From contig CM120646.1 of the NCBI GenBank assembly GCA_051362555.1, positions 22,444,001 through 22,508,000 of the forward strand: a stretch of DNA of 64,000 nucleotides, given 5' to 3'. Position 1 is the first letter of the stretch. Each line of letters begins with the position of its first letter. This DNA comes from Lingula anatina (taxonomy: Eukaryota > Animalia > Brachiopoda). The position numbers and the translations under genes were made by a program. Below the pieces are notes generated by a model. The model was not told where the DNA came from. It did not search any database and worked only from the letters and a program-made list of their open reading frames with translations. Below are positions 12,101 through 24,682 of this stretch, piece by piece.

Positions 12101-14787
12101 AATACTTACATCTATTGCCTATGTTTCCAGCGATATAATAATAATAACATGAATTTTTGAAAGTAAAATAATCATGTGACACCCTCTTTTTTAACTTCTT
12201 TCATATGCCACGAAACTTCACAAATTTTGAAAGTAGCGTCACCCAAAAAATAGGATGTGTTAGAGGTGACAGTGAAAAGAAAAACAAAAGAAAAACAATC
12301 TATGTCTATGTAAAACATTATGTAACACAAAGGGCAGGCAAGCGTATCTAGATGAGATGAAATCCTGCACTCAACTCTTCATAAACCGTCAGCCCTAATA
12401 AACATTTCTGTACTTTGCAAATTTGAGAATCGATGGGTAAGTGGACGAACGCTAATCCCTTCCTAACAACACCGTGCAAGACAATTGATTTTTCCCTTTC
12501 TTTACCAAAGACGATAATCTTTCTGAATCGCCAGTTGGTACTCTGTGACTTTGTGGCTGCTACCATCAAAGTAATGCTTGAAATTACCAAACACTTTACC
12601 TGTTCTATCAATATATGGACTAAATGATTTTTTTCTACAATATTGATCAGTCATATATGTCAAAAACATTTTATAAGACTAATGTCAACTGAAAACGTGA
12701 AAACGTTATTGTCTGAGATGAGTTGAAGGACTTAGAGCCCTAACCTTCGATTATGTATTGTAGTTTTGGAGTTTTGAGGAGTTTGTTGCAAGGAAGTTCG
12801 CTTCTTCATAGATGTGTCCTTTAGATTTCAAAAAGTGCCTCATCCAATATAGATAGATTGATTGAGTCACGTATATATATATATACCAGTGTACTAGTTG
12901 TAAACATTTACTTACATAAATATATGATTTGATCATCAATTTACGTGGAATTACATATAAGGCTAATGCCTAACTCTGAAATAAAAAGAATCCAGATATT
13001 TAGAAGCCTGGACTGAACAATCGCTTCATTGACAATACACATGCTGCAACCCTTCTTCATTGAGTATTAATGAATTCCTATAAAAAAGACACTGCGCTGA
13101 AAGAAGATTATGCTTAAGGACAGGTAGCTGCTGCTGCTGAAGCATTCATCCAGTCAACGTGTATTTGTAAACCAGCATTTATATCAACACTATATTACAC
13201 ACCTGTCGGCAACAAACAATGGCAAATGTACACAAGTGCTTTGTACACAGAAACTAATACAGAAGCCAATTAAGAAACACCACCCGCACGCCGTACACGT
13301 ACACCTTCGGGCCATACTTAATTCACTGCCTTTCAGTTTTGTACTTATATAACGTTACGGAGCGTTATCGAGTGACTTGCATCTTCCACGTTTTCTTTAC
13401 CAATGGTGAATAATTTATCGTGCATATCGTAACAGTCCGAAGGTAAGCAAGCAGGACATGTTTGCTTACCTGAATACGTGGACTGCAGCCAATATGCATG
13501 TCGCAAATATCGATACGGATTGTATGTTATTGTATTATTCACGAAACTGAGATTTCCTTCACTGGTGACAAACGGGTAGATTTGGTATTAGATACAGAAA
13601 AAAAACATAGCAGTCAGATATCTTGATATTGTTGCGGCCTAAATGAGTTTCTGGCATTATTGTACGTTTCTTGAAGTTAGTACTTTGACAACCTTTACGC
13701 GAACAACCCCGTTTAAGGCTGTCGTTTTTCAAAGAACGAAAGAACGTACGCCTACATCAACGTTGAGCCCATTTGCACACTCAACCACGCAAAATTAGAA
13801 GACATATTTACAACAATGATAACAGAAAGATACAAACCATGCACACTCCAAAATCTATTATCCAACAGCCAGGGGACAGAACCTTTGAGAAGCACTAAAG
13901 GATATACATTACAAAAGCTTCGCACTCTTGACTGCGTTTTGTAATTTTGCCTCAACCAAACTAGCGTTCTTTTTCCACCACATAATGGAATGACATTATA
14001 CTTACAGGTCGTTAAGGCAGCCTGTGCAGGAAATTGGTGTTCTATACATTCTTCAGTAGCGTGTAAAACTGATCCTCGACATTTTCTTCAAGGATGTACG
14101 TGTAAATGTACACCCTGAATTGGTGACGTCAGTCTTGCCACTTGTGCATGAAGCACGGTTCAAGAAACTCGATTTGCAACACGCAAAGACCCAAGAAGGA
14201 TGAGAGCATCGCCACTTTCACATGCATCTTGTTTCCAGATTCACATTATTTTCTTATATCATTCAGCGATCATTGACTTTTTCTGTAGAATCGCAGCGAC
14301 GGGTTATCCAATTGACGTGTCTGAATACATACATGGATTGACATCTTCAAGGTATATCTATCTAACAACACTAATAACAAGCATGGGGTCCCTTACTGGA
14401 ACACACATGCAACAACCTAAGACGTCTAGACGTCTAGCCACCTCGTACTGTTCGCGCACATACCCCGTGCGGTGCCAAAACGGTGGCCTGCCCCTATGAG
14501 CTTCATAACAATATATATATGCACCTACCTGTTAAATACTAGCAAAGCATTACTTCTATTTTCCATGTGCCTCTACTACAGCAGACCTCGGAAGTTTATC
14601 TGTGCGCCTAGCTATAACAGTCCCCAAGCTCCTATAGTGTGCCGCACTGGTTAGTCTCCCATTACTGCAGGAGATATGTAAGACTATCTCTTATTGGTTA
14701 CATTTCCCCCCCCCCTCCCCCAACAAGAAATGCGAAACATGTTTTGTAATTTACACTTTATCCCAAACATGAGCTCTCTTATGAAAT

Positions 14788-14885
14788 TATCTATCTATCT
14801 ATCTATCTATCTATTCACGGGTATCTATCTATCTATGGATATCTTTCTATCTGTCTATCCATCAACCTGTCTTTCTGTCTGTCTG
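14788..14885. repeat. (CTAT)n/(CTGT)n microsatellite
   Basis: Direct reading. Confidence 0.9.
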
Positions 14886-16748
14886 ACTTTCACCTCTCTA
14901 TCTCTGTGTTCGTAAGCTTCTTTCGATCTTTGAGTCCTCTCATTTTTCATTTACAATCTGAATGAATTAAAATATTCATCACACGTCTGTGTTAGTTGAC
15001 ATATATTTCATACCCGGCGACCTACCTAGCCATTCCAGTTTGTTATAACACACTGCAGGCTTGTACATCAGGTTTTGTGAGCCAGTGATGGTTGGGACCA
15101 ACTAGATATAGGGCCTATATTATGTCACAATCTAAGTCATGTTCTGTATTTGACGTCCAGTGCTTGCTGCAATGTTTCCGCACACGTGGCAAAACGTGTG
15201 CATGCGTATCCGTAGGTTGACTTGACCTAACAGAGTCTCTTCAAAACTGACAACATTCCTTTCCTTTTTCTCCGCCTTATGAACGGAAGACGCACTGTTG
15301 ATAGCAACGTGCACGTACCTTCAACAGTAACTCCTACCGCGTGCCTTAATTAACGGTTCTAAATCCGATGTGACTCTGCAGCAGTCTCAGTCGAAGTCAC
15401 AGTATTTACAGTGAGGAGGAATCCATTACGTCATACCAAGCTTAATTGTCAGGTCGCTCTCCACGTAGTGCTATTGCCGACATCGCGGACACAGGCCACC
15501 GCATTACCGCAAAACAGCGAGGTTATACAGTTTCTATAGTTTATATCTGCTTATGCTGCTTGCATTTTTGAGCAACGGCAGGTCTGTCTATAATCAGTAT
15601 ATGTGAACAATGAATCTGTCTGCAAATGTAATGCTTTTCGTAATGACTTAGGGCTCATTTACAATGAAACTATGGTACTACGTAGTTCGATCCAAAGTTG
15701 GGGGACACTCACTGAAATCAGTATTACAAATTAACACGCCTTTTCTGGTTCCAATGTACTCGTATATTCACCAGCTTTTCTGTTTTCGTGTTAATCTGTT
15801 AAACTGATTGCATTCAGCGAGAGTCCCTGTGGAGTTGGATAGATGTACGTAGAACGATTATTTCGTTGGGAATGAGCCCTAAAATAGAAGTAAAGTGGGT
15901 GTTGCATAAATATGTGAGATGTGGAAAACCTTGTATACCAGTACTTGTTGCAATATTCAAGCTGCTGGCATTTTTAGCACAATGTGCATCACGTCTGGCA
16001 AACATGGCTTCCTTGCTCTTAACACATGCTTATACAGCATTCAGTGAAAGGCAATCGCATCTTTTTGCTGTCCAATAAAGCCGTTATTATCTCCATTATA
16101 AGTTATTGTATATTCATAATCATAATATTCATCTGCGTCAGTTTAAAATCTGGCACTTTTTATATCAACTCCTGCGTATTATTTAATCTGTTGAAGCAAC
16201 AACGGAGCTTCTGTGAGAATTGGAACATTTGTGCCACATAAAAAAAGGAAATCTGGATGATTCCACCCTTCCACATCACCATACAGACACCACCGCCACC
16301 GTACAGAGAGAGACAGACAGAGTCCTAGAATAATTGGTATTTATGTAATATATTGTTTAATGTTGTGCGCACTACTTAATGCCGTAGCTCTGCAGATGGT
16401 GCCTCCGCCGGTTTTCTATTGCGCATGTTCGCGCAGTAATTGCTGCCAAGCTTGTATTTCAGAGCGGTTCAGTGTCGCGCAGCAAACATAAAAAAAAACA
16501 CTGCCTGGTGATATGATAATGCATCAGGGTTATCGCTGAAAACACTGCCATGTTTTCAATGTTCATCTGAGATACACCTGAAGTGTATAAATCATCGTCG
16601 AGACTTAAGCTTATATGAAGCCGGTTTTTCTGAAGAATTTTCACGATAAAGCCGGCCCTAGGAGTGCCATTGCCAAAGGTCCTATGTCCTGCAGAGTCAC
16701 TGTGGCTTTGCTCTCCGACCTGTGGCTAATATCCTACTGTCGGTTGAC

Positions 16749-16970
16749 TTAGAGACCCCAATTCCTATAAACACAATCAGACAATGTAGATCGATCCAAC
16801 GCTGCGGGGACTCTCGCTGAGTGCAATCCGCTTAACTGAATGACACGCTTCCTCTTGTGTTCTCGAATAATCACCAACTTTTCTGTTTATTACACAACGC
16901 CAGAAGATGGCGTGTCATTCAGTTGGATCGATCTACAAAGACCGATGGTGTCTATTGTAATGGTGCCTTA
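16749..16970. mobile_element. Old foldback/MITE element
   Basis: TGTAGATCGATCCAAC (16785-16800) pairs with GTTGGATCGATCTACA (16922-16937). AACTGAATGACACGC (16834-16848) pairs with GCGTGTCATTCAGTT (16910-16924). Weaker outer arms extend to about 16749 and 16970. Confidence 0.6.
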
Positions 16971-19900
16971 TTTAATCTACAAGAAACTAAAAAGCTCTTT
17001 TTGAGCACAATACATGTTTGGCGTTAAATAATCTTAAACAGAGTGAATGGTTGAATACACACATACGAAGGGTTCCATCAGAGAGAGCAACACTCTGTCA
17101 ACACATTTGTCGCAACTACTAGTAACTATCCGTTACAGATAACAAACTTATAAGCAGTTAAACACATTTGTTTTTAGTGAACATTCCAGACAGGCATTGG
17201 TGTCTTTTCAATTCCGAGCCACCCTTCACCGTCCGCAGAGATTCATCGATCCCATTTGATTAGTGCAGTTAACCACCATTAGATAATTGACCGCAGGCCT
17301 CCTTAATGAAACGACCGACATTATACCGCGGTTCGATAATCCCTATAAGTAGTTGGTAGTCAATCAGCGCTTGGCTTATCCAGTAAGAGTGATCGACCGA
17401 ACACACGAACGATGCTCAAGAAACGTTTCTTTGAAAATAAGTTTGGTTCTCAATGCTTACGTACGAAACCGGGTTGTTTCGACCAAGTAAAGCAAACGGT
17501 TCATCAGATATAGCATCACGCTTACCACCACCTATGATCTATCATTTATATTAACCATAAGTTTATTAGTTACAGAGGGTTGATTTAGCATCTAACATGT
17601 GTGTATGTGGCAACTGTATAGGAACAAGCGCCTTGGCATTATAAATAAGAGTAAGGACTAAATACCATAGTCAAACCAAAGTTCCTAAATATTCAAGACT
17701 ATCCATATGTGCATTAAGGGCCCATGGATTTATCATCACCGCGCCCTGCACCCGTCCTTTTCTGCCCCCCCCTTGAACGCCTAAAACCGATAATAGATTA
17801 ATTCAAACGTGATATAAATTAATCGATTGTGAATTTTCAACTTACAATGACATACCTAGGTATCGCAAGGTTGTCGTCACTCCCTGCACACTCTTCAAGA
17901 TGGAATAGGCCGAATGTAACATCAGATTGTAACATACATCAGCTAAATATCCTCGGGTTATTATTGATTATATAGCGATGTTGCATAACGCGTGGGTGTG
18001 CGGGGAACGTCCGTGTTTCAGACAGCTTGACCTCCAAATATCTTGACTGATGGTTAGAATCCGGGAAGTACGACTAGAGTTCTCAATGGTTTTCAGCTAG
18101 CGATAACTCACAAAACAGTCATTCTTTAACAAAAAGCTTCCAAGTCATGTAATACTACTTTGCCCGAAAAGACAAAGCGTATTCACATTTTATCTGTTAA
18201 TAACGAATAGAGGGACCCTGTTAAAGCAGCCAAGTCCTCCCTGTAAGTCCAAACAAGATATGTTCTGCCTTCTACGTCTACACGAAGCCTGCCTGCTTAT
18301 GTCGAAAAGTAAGAGCGGCGCAACGATGCATATGATTGTGGATCCATCAGAAATTCTGTTAATGGCTCCTTCAAATGAACACGCCGCCGCCCGAGAAGAA
18401 AGAAAACAACTTACGTAACCATCTGTCAAACTTCCCACTAATTTCGAGATCTCTGGACTACTCATTTGAGTTGAAGTTTACCAAGCATGACGTAGCAACA
18501 AGGCATACCAACACAGCAGTGGTAACACCCTGAATCAAAGCTAAACAATCACAAAAACTTTATTGCAGGCAATAACCCTGAGGGTCGGATTGGGTCGCCT
18601 CACTGGTTTTCGTTATCTCACCAGTCAATAAGAATACAACTGGGAAAATCGACTACATATTAACACTGAGATAGTTTTTAGATGAATTAACACAATGTAA
18701 AAGGTGTCATCTTTTAAATTGCTTTAACCGGCTAAAAGCATTTTCTTATGACAGGATGTTTCGTTGTGACCATGCCGAGTATATTTGTAGGACGCCTTTT
18801 ACCATAATGTCTAGCCTATAAAATGATGCGACAAAATTGATAAACATTTACTTTGACACAAACTTATTTCAGTGGATATTGTTTGTGTCTGGGTGGGGGC
18901 TTTTTGTCTATCGTAAAGTAACATTTACAGATATTGGCGTGTCAAATTCAATTTGGATTTACATACCGTCGACCAAGAAAATATATTGATCTAATTTATG
19001 CTTCAAATGTTGTGGAATTAAAGAACGATATAATTGAAACAGACGGCATTTTCACTTATTTGAAAGTAACTTTAAAGTGTTGTATTCTTTTTTTTTTTTA
19101 CATTCTTCAGCATTGGGAATAGTTGCATTGCAAGCGTGTGGTTTCAGCGTGTCTTAAAGTCAACGAGCAAATTCACCTCAAAAACCCCGCGTTACTGGGT
19201 TGCAAACATTTCGAACCCATTTGTCTTAAGGAGCATGGGTGTAGACAGTCTCTAACCTCACTATCACATTTCAGAAAACAGACCATTTTTATTATATCAC
19301 ATTATATGTACCACAAACCAGTTATACATTGGATTTTCACTACATTTCTAAGTTCTTATTAAACATAGCGAAAACATTCCGCCCTGACAAGGATTTATGA
19401 TACAGTTAATTTCATAAAGTTGAACCAGGTAATAGAAAATAAAGAAATCGCCCTGCATGACTCGATTCGACAGCTAAGGAAAAACTAATTCTGGTCCGAT
19501 TGACCTGGGACAAGATATAGTATTATCCTGCTAATAGTATAGTTACATTTCTTGGACCGTCAGATCATTTTAACGGCAAAGCATGGCTGCTATTTCATTA
19601 GGTACACCGCAATAAGGAACTTTCTAATTGAGCTTTCGACCAAGTTATTAATTAATTCATTGGACTGCCAGGACGATAAAATCCGTGATAATAAATGAGA
19701 GTTTAATATAGCATTGCCGCAATTCTTTTGACGTAAGTGTGAATTGGTATGCCCGACTCTTCCATTAACTATGTCAGGTAATAAAATGGCATTTAATCTG
19801 GAGACGCCAAGATTTATTACAGGTAGCAAAAGATAACGCATGCAAGGTTCTGGAAATTGAGGATATGTGAGGTCGTCAATCTGTAGAGAATATATGGCGG

Positions 19901-21718
19901 ATTATTAGTTGATGTCGGACGTGCGGTAATATTGCCATGAAAAATGTAACGTGGGTTTTAAACCTTCCCATCTCTCTCCGGATAGGATTTTGAAATTTAT
20001 GTCAATACGTGGCTAAATCTCTCAATTCCAGATGGAATGCACCAAAAGATAACCAAGCCTGACTTTCAAAGCCTCACCTAAGTCCTTGTCCCCAGATATT
20101 CTTGCAGAATCTCGGCGACAGATTTGTCGGCTTGCCACTCTCCCCTGGGACGACTAGGGCAGTGAATACGCTTTTAACAAAAAAGGCAACCTTGAAAAGA
20201 TGGCTTTAGGTTAAACTCCTATTAATCAAAAAAATCTGGATTTCATAAGATAAAAGCGTTTTGTTCCTCTTCATTAATTTAACGTTCACTTCCGCACGCA
20301 AGGCGTTCAGGTTTATAAAATGAAAGGGCAATGTCGAAGAAAATAAGTCACAGAGATCTTCGCACCCTTCCCAGCAGTAAGCCGCTGTTGTGGGAATTTC
20401 CCCATTTGGAATTGTGGCCCAAAGAAAGGGAATTCAATAGTAATTATCCCAAAGTTGACTGGGTTATTTAGGAAGCCTTCATTAAGCAGCCAGCAGGTTC
20501 AACGGGTAAAATTAAACGTCGTTTGAGGGCATATGTAGCGCGCATGCATTTCTAAGGGTCGAACTGGGGTTCTATGTCATAATTCATAACTATACCCTGG
20601 CGTAGTTGGCGGGGATTATTCCGAAACGCAATGTAGGTAATTAAGGAACAACATTTTCCCATTTACCCCCATGCATTAACATCGTTTTGACAGTGTTGGG
20701 GTACGAATTGGAGAGGAACCATAGGAGCGCTTCTGCATCCAATCTTTCTTGCAATTCTGACTTATTTTTCATTTGGCTTGGCACATAAACCAGAGGTACA
20801 ATATTAACTACCAGATTTGGTCTGAATTACTTTGAACCAATAATCAGGAAATTCTAGGAAAAAAACGTACACCAAAAATACAGCTGTGCATGTACCATGA
20901 CGGAGATGTACGTCAGAGTTTCTGAATTGCACAAAGAAACAAACACTATTATATTCATACCAGACCTCGGAATTTTTGGTTGAAACAGATAACAACTTAC
21001 CGCCCGACTATCACTCTTTCAATAATTTAGAAATTCGTTCATACAGTACAAACATGTTTGTCTAAAGAAAATCACAATCATAAGTTTTGGCCAGGTCAAA
21101 TGCTTTATTCCCTTTCCAAACGCCGGATTACCAAAGATCTTTATGTCGATAGCTGATCTTGAATTTAAGACCAAATGTTTGAGTCCACTATATCGACGAG
21201 GGCACGTGCAAATGACACATAGAAAAGAAACGGCTAATGATGCAGGCCAAATGTTTTGGGTGGATTAATACTGTGTCATCCTTAAAAAACTAGACAAGAC
21301 TGTTAGGTCTTGAAGATTGACTATTTTCTAGTGTTATCATAAGAAACGAGCAGCTATTTAGCATTTTGCCGAGAAGAACATCTGTTGCGCACTTCTGAGG
21401 TTTTCACAGGAAACAGAATCCCTTCATTTAGACCATGGGCCAGTTTTTTTTTAAGACGAAACACGACAGACAAAGTCAAAGAAAGGTCATTTTCATGCAA
21501 GGACGCAGCATGGGCTGAAAACACTATCTTATTTGCATAACCAGCAAACAGAATACGTATCATATAAAAATCGCTAACTTAATTCTGTGCTTACGTCACG
21601 GCGGTTGTAATATGAAGCATGTCTTCATCGAGTTATAAAGTGTGGAAAAGCTCCTGGACTAACCAAAACTACCCTCTCATATCTGGAGCTTCTCAAAAGT
21701 ATGCGATACAATAATTTA

Positions 21719-21933
21719 GACTGCATTCCCAGAGCTTTTAGATCGATCTATCCCTGTGGGGAATCTCACTAGATTACTGTCAGCTTAGCCGGCTTAAATG
21801 TATGTCCCGCCTACTAAAAGCTGTAAGGGGGTAATTAACTACCGTGCGCGCTCGGCTGACAGCAATTTAGCGTGAACCTCCTGGGAGTTAGGTCGATCTA
21901 GATGGATCGATCTAAATCTATGGGAATGCAGTC
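21719..21933. mobile_element. PIF/Harbinger-type (Tourist-like) MITE, 215 bp
   Basis: TIR GACTGCATTCCC...GGGAATGCAGTC extends imperfectly through TAGATCGATCTA. A 3-bp TTA TSD lies at 21716-21718 and 21934-21936. Internal inverted CTGTCAGC/GCTGACAG. Confidence 0.8.
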
Positions 21934-24587
21934 TTAGTAATAGACTACTAGCGCACCCTGTGGTCAGAGAGTCACTAAAACATCGTCCGTATTTTTTGGC
22001 ACCAGTCTAAGTTGACGTATAGTGAGTGAAGTGTAAATGTGCCCACGTGTACATAAGGTTTGGCACAACTATTGCCTCCTTATATATGTAATATGACAAA
22101 TTATTTAGCCATTACTTACCCCGTTTTACAAATAATACGTGGGAATTAATGTAAATGTACCATTAAAGTGTTGTTCTAGATCCATTTGAGGGTTGTACAT
22201 TGAGACAATGTTATTACCTTTAATTGGTAGCCCCGGGTTCATCTGAAGGTTATCTGGAAAAAACACTGGGGTATGTTGGGACAGTCACAAGTGTAGCCGA
22301 GTGATGTTATTAGCTGGTGGTGAGAAGTTAAATGGGTCGATATTCGAAGTTCGTGTCACTAATGTGGTTGTGTTAAGTCGAGGACTGATGGACAGATACA
22401 AGATCAATATCTATACCAGGAGCACGCATACACACAAACAGAGAGAGAGAGAGAGAGAGAGCAAACGGATGATCGAACCGCAATTATAGCATCACCTACA
22501 ATTCAACTGTGAACATTATGTCATAATTTTTTTCATTAACACAGTTTAGAGTTAAGTGCCTTGGCAACATGGAGATAATTAATGTGCTGATGACTTAAAA
22601 GCTTGGGCTTCATCATTTTTTTCATCAAATTAAGTTCTCTCCTTCCACAAGTGTCGGTGAGAACATTATTAACAAGGAGCGGGCATCCTGTTTCCGGGTG
22701 ATAATAATGACAGGATGATGATAAAATGATGAAATGATGTAATCTCCATGATGTGTTAATTGACAAAGGATGAAGTTGACTTGGAGGTGGGAAAACGGTG
22801 TTAATGAAAAGCAAATTACAAAACAAATGCAATAACGTGAATGACTTGCTCAATTAATAAATCTTAGAGAGAAGAATTGTCTATTCTAAAAATAGAGAGG
22901 AACCGTGCATTTAAGTGGAACCCATGTTTATCTCTCAATATTAACACCGTCTGTTTGGTCCTTTAAGAGAAATAAGAAAAGACAGGATATGGTGTGAAGC
23001 ACCGGTGGGCTGAGTAAAGCATTGCAACTTGTGATCTCTTCACATGGTACTTAATTAAAGGGTAATGACAAACTGGCCCTTCACTGCGCTTGAGGAGCGT
23101 GCCTCTATTACGAAAGATCGCATATAATTGCCTAAGGGTAGGAACCAATATAACATAATCGGGGTATAGCCCGAAGCCAAACAGAAAAAGCCTGGCAGCA
23201 ATTTAAGAAAAAAGTAATCTGACGTTGAGTTATGATCTATTTATAAAATACCTGCCCATCCAACAATCTATCCAACCGTCTGGTTAACCATTCATATTTT
23301 ATCTATCTTTTTATCTTTTTGTCCACCTGTCTTAATGCCTGTCTACGTTCATCTAAAATTCTGTATTGCCCATACAGCGTTGAAGAAACCCAATATGTTT
23401 ACTTCTGTTGACCCACAGTAGCGTCACAGGGCAAAGAGCTGTTTAATAATTTGAAACTTCCCCATGCAACTTTGCACAAATACACAAAATCATCCTAATC
23501 CACACGTATTAAATATTGACTTTGTTCTACAATTACTAGTAAGCACGCATCACCAATATCACGAACTTAGCAACTTGCAGCCTTTCGACCTCTGTCTATT
23601 TATTGCCGCAGAATAATTGTAAGAACACTAATAACGGTGGGAAATGTTTCCTTCAATCGCTAGTAAAACCATACTTTGTTATGTAAAATTGCTTCATATT
23701 GACTTAAACTGCTAGACTTAATACCAAAGTTAAGGATTAGATTTAATTTAATCATCATCTTCATATTGGAAGCACGAAAATCCATGAGATTATAATGCAT
23801 AAGATGTTTTTAAACAATTATTTCGTAAGAAAGATGTAATGATTAATTAAGAGAATAGCTTAATTTTTAATATGCAGCAGTCAGTACGAGAGAGAAAGAA
23901 CAAGCAATGTCGAAGGCACTCACACGTACAATGTAGGGGCTGAAGCAGGAGTAAAGTCCCCGGTCTGGTAGTGAAAGACACTGTTCGTGTGCTAGCGTTT
24001 GCTAGAGCTGAACTAACTTTTTTTTTGCATTTAAGGACAGCAAACATGTAGAGAAGTTGATTCAATGTCTGCCCTGAGATATTTCCAAAACCAATGAACA
24101 ACCACGGGGGTAGATATCTACCATCTACCGTTTGTTTCCTCCACAAACTTTATCCAAAAGTATCGTAAGCTATATCTTTATATATGCCGTAATGTAGAAC
24201 GAAGGGATTTAAACATCGGCGGAGGCTTAATTTTACAATAACTTAGTATTACATTATATTTGTGAATACCGCTTCAGTGTTTGGAATAAAATCGCCAACG
24301 ATAAATCCAAATACCACAAAAAGATCACCAATTGAAAATTTGAGTTGCAACTCACGGAAGAGGTAATGAAAATCATTTACAACTGGGCGACGCGCAAAGA
24401 ACCTTTATCTTTCATTACAATGTTTCAGTCTCTTCCAACTTTAAAAATTAAATTTAAATAGTTTTATTGTGTTTGCAAATCTTTTACAATTTGCTATAAA
24501 ATGATGTGTAATATTTCCCATTAATTTTAAATTTCAAGAAATGTATTCACGCATTCATTGCAAAAATTTAACCGAGCGTAAAAAGTA

Positions 24588-24620
<33 letters not shown>

Positions 24621-24682
24621 GTTCTTGTTGTTGTTGTTGTTGTTGTTGGTGATGATGATGTTGTTGTTGTTGTTGTTGTTGT
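24588..24682. repeat. Compound trinucleotide microsatellite (TAT)n(TGT)n(TGA)n
   Basis: Direct reading. Confidence 0.95.

Noticed and set aside
15336-15348. 13-nt match to the 5' end of miR-124 (TAAGGCACGCGGT on the - strand)
   Set aside because: The match stops at nt 13 and no precursor hairpin is evident; at most a chance or target-like site.
20390-20401. Overlapping Su(H) GTGGGAA and NF-kB-like GGGAATTTCC sites
   Set aside because: Short motifs expected by chance in 64 kb; no paired-site architecture or linked gene.
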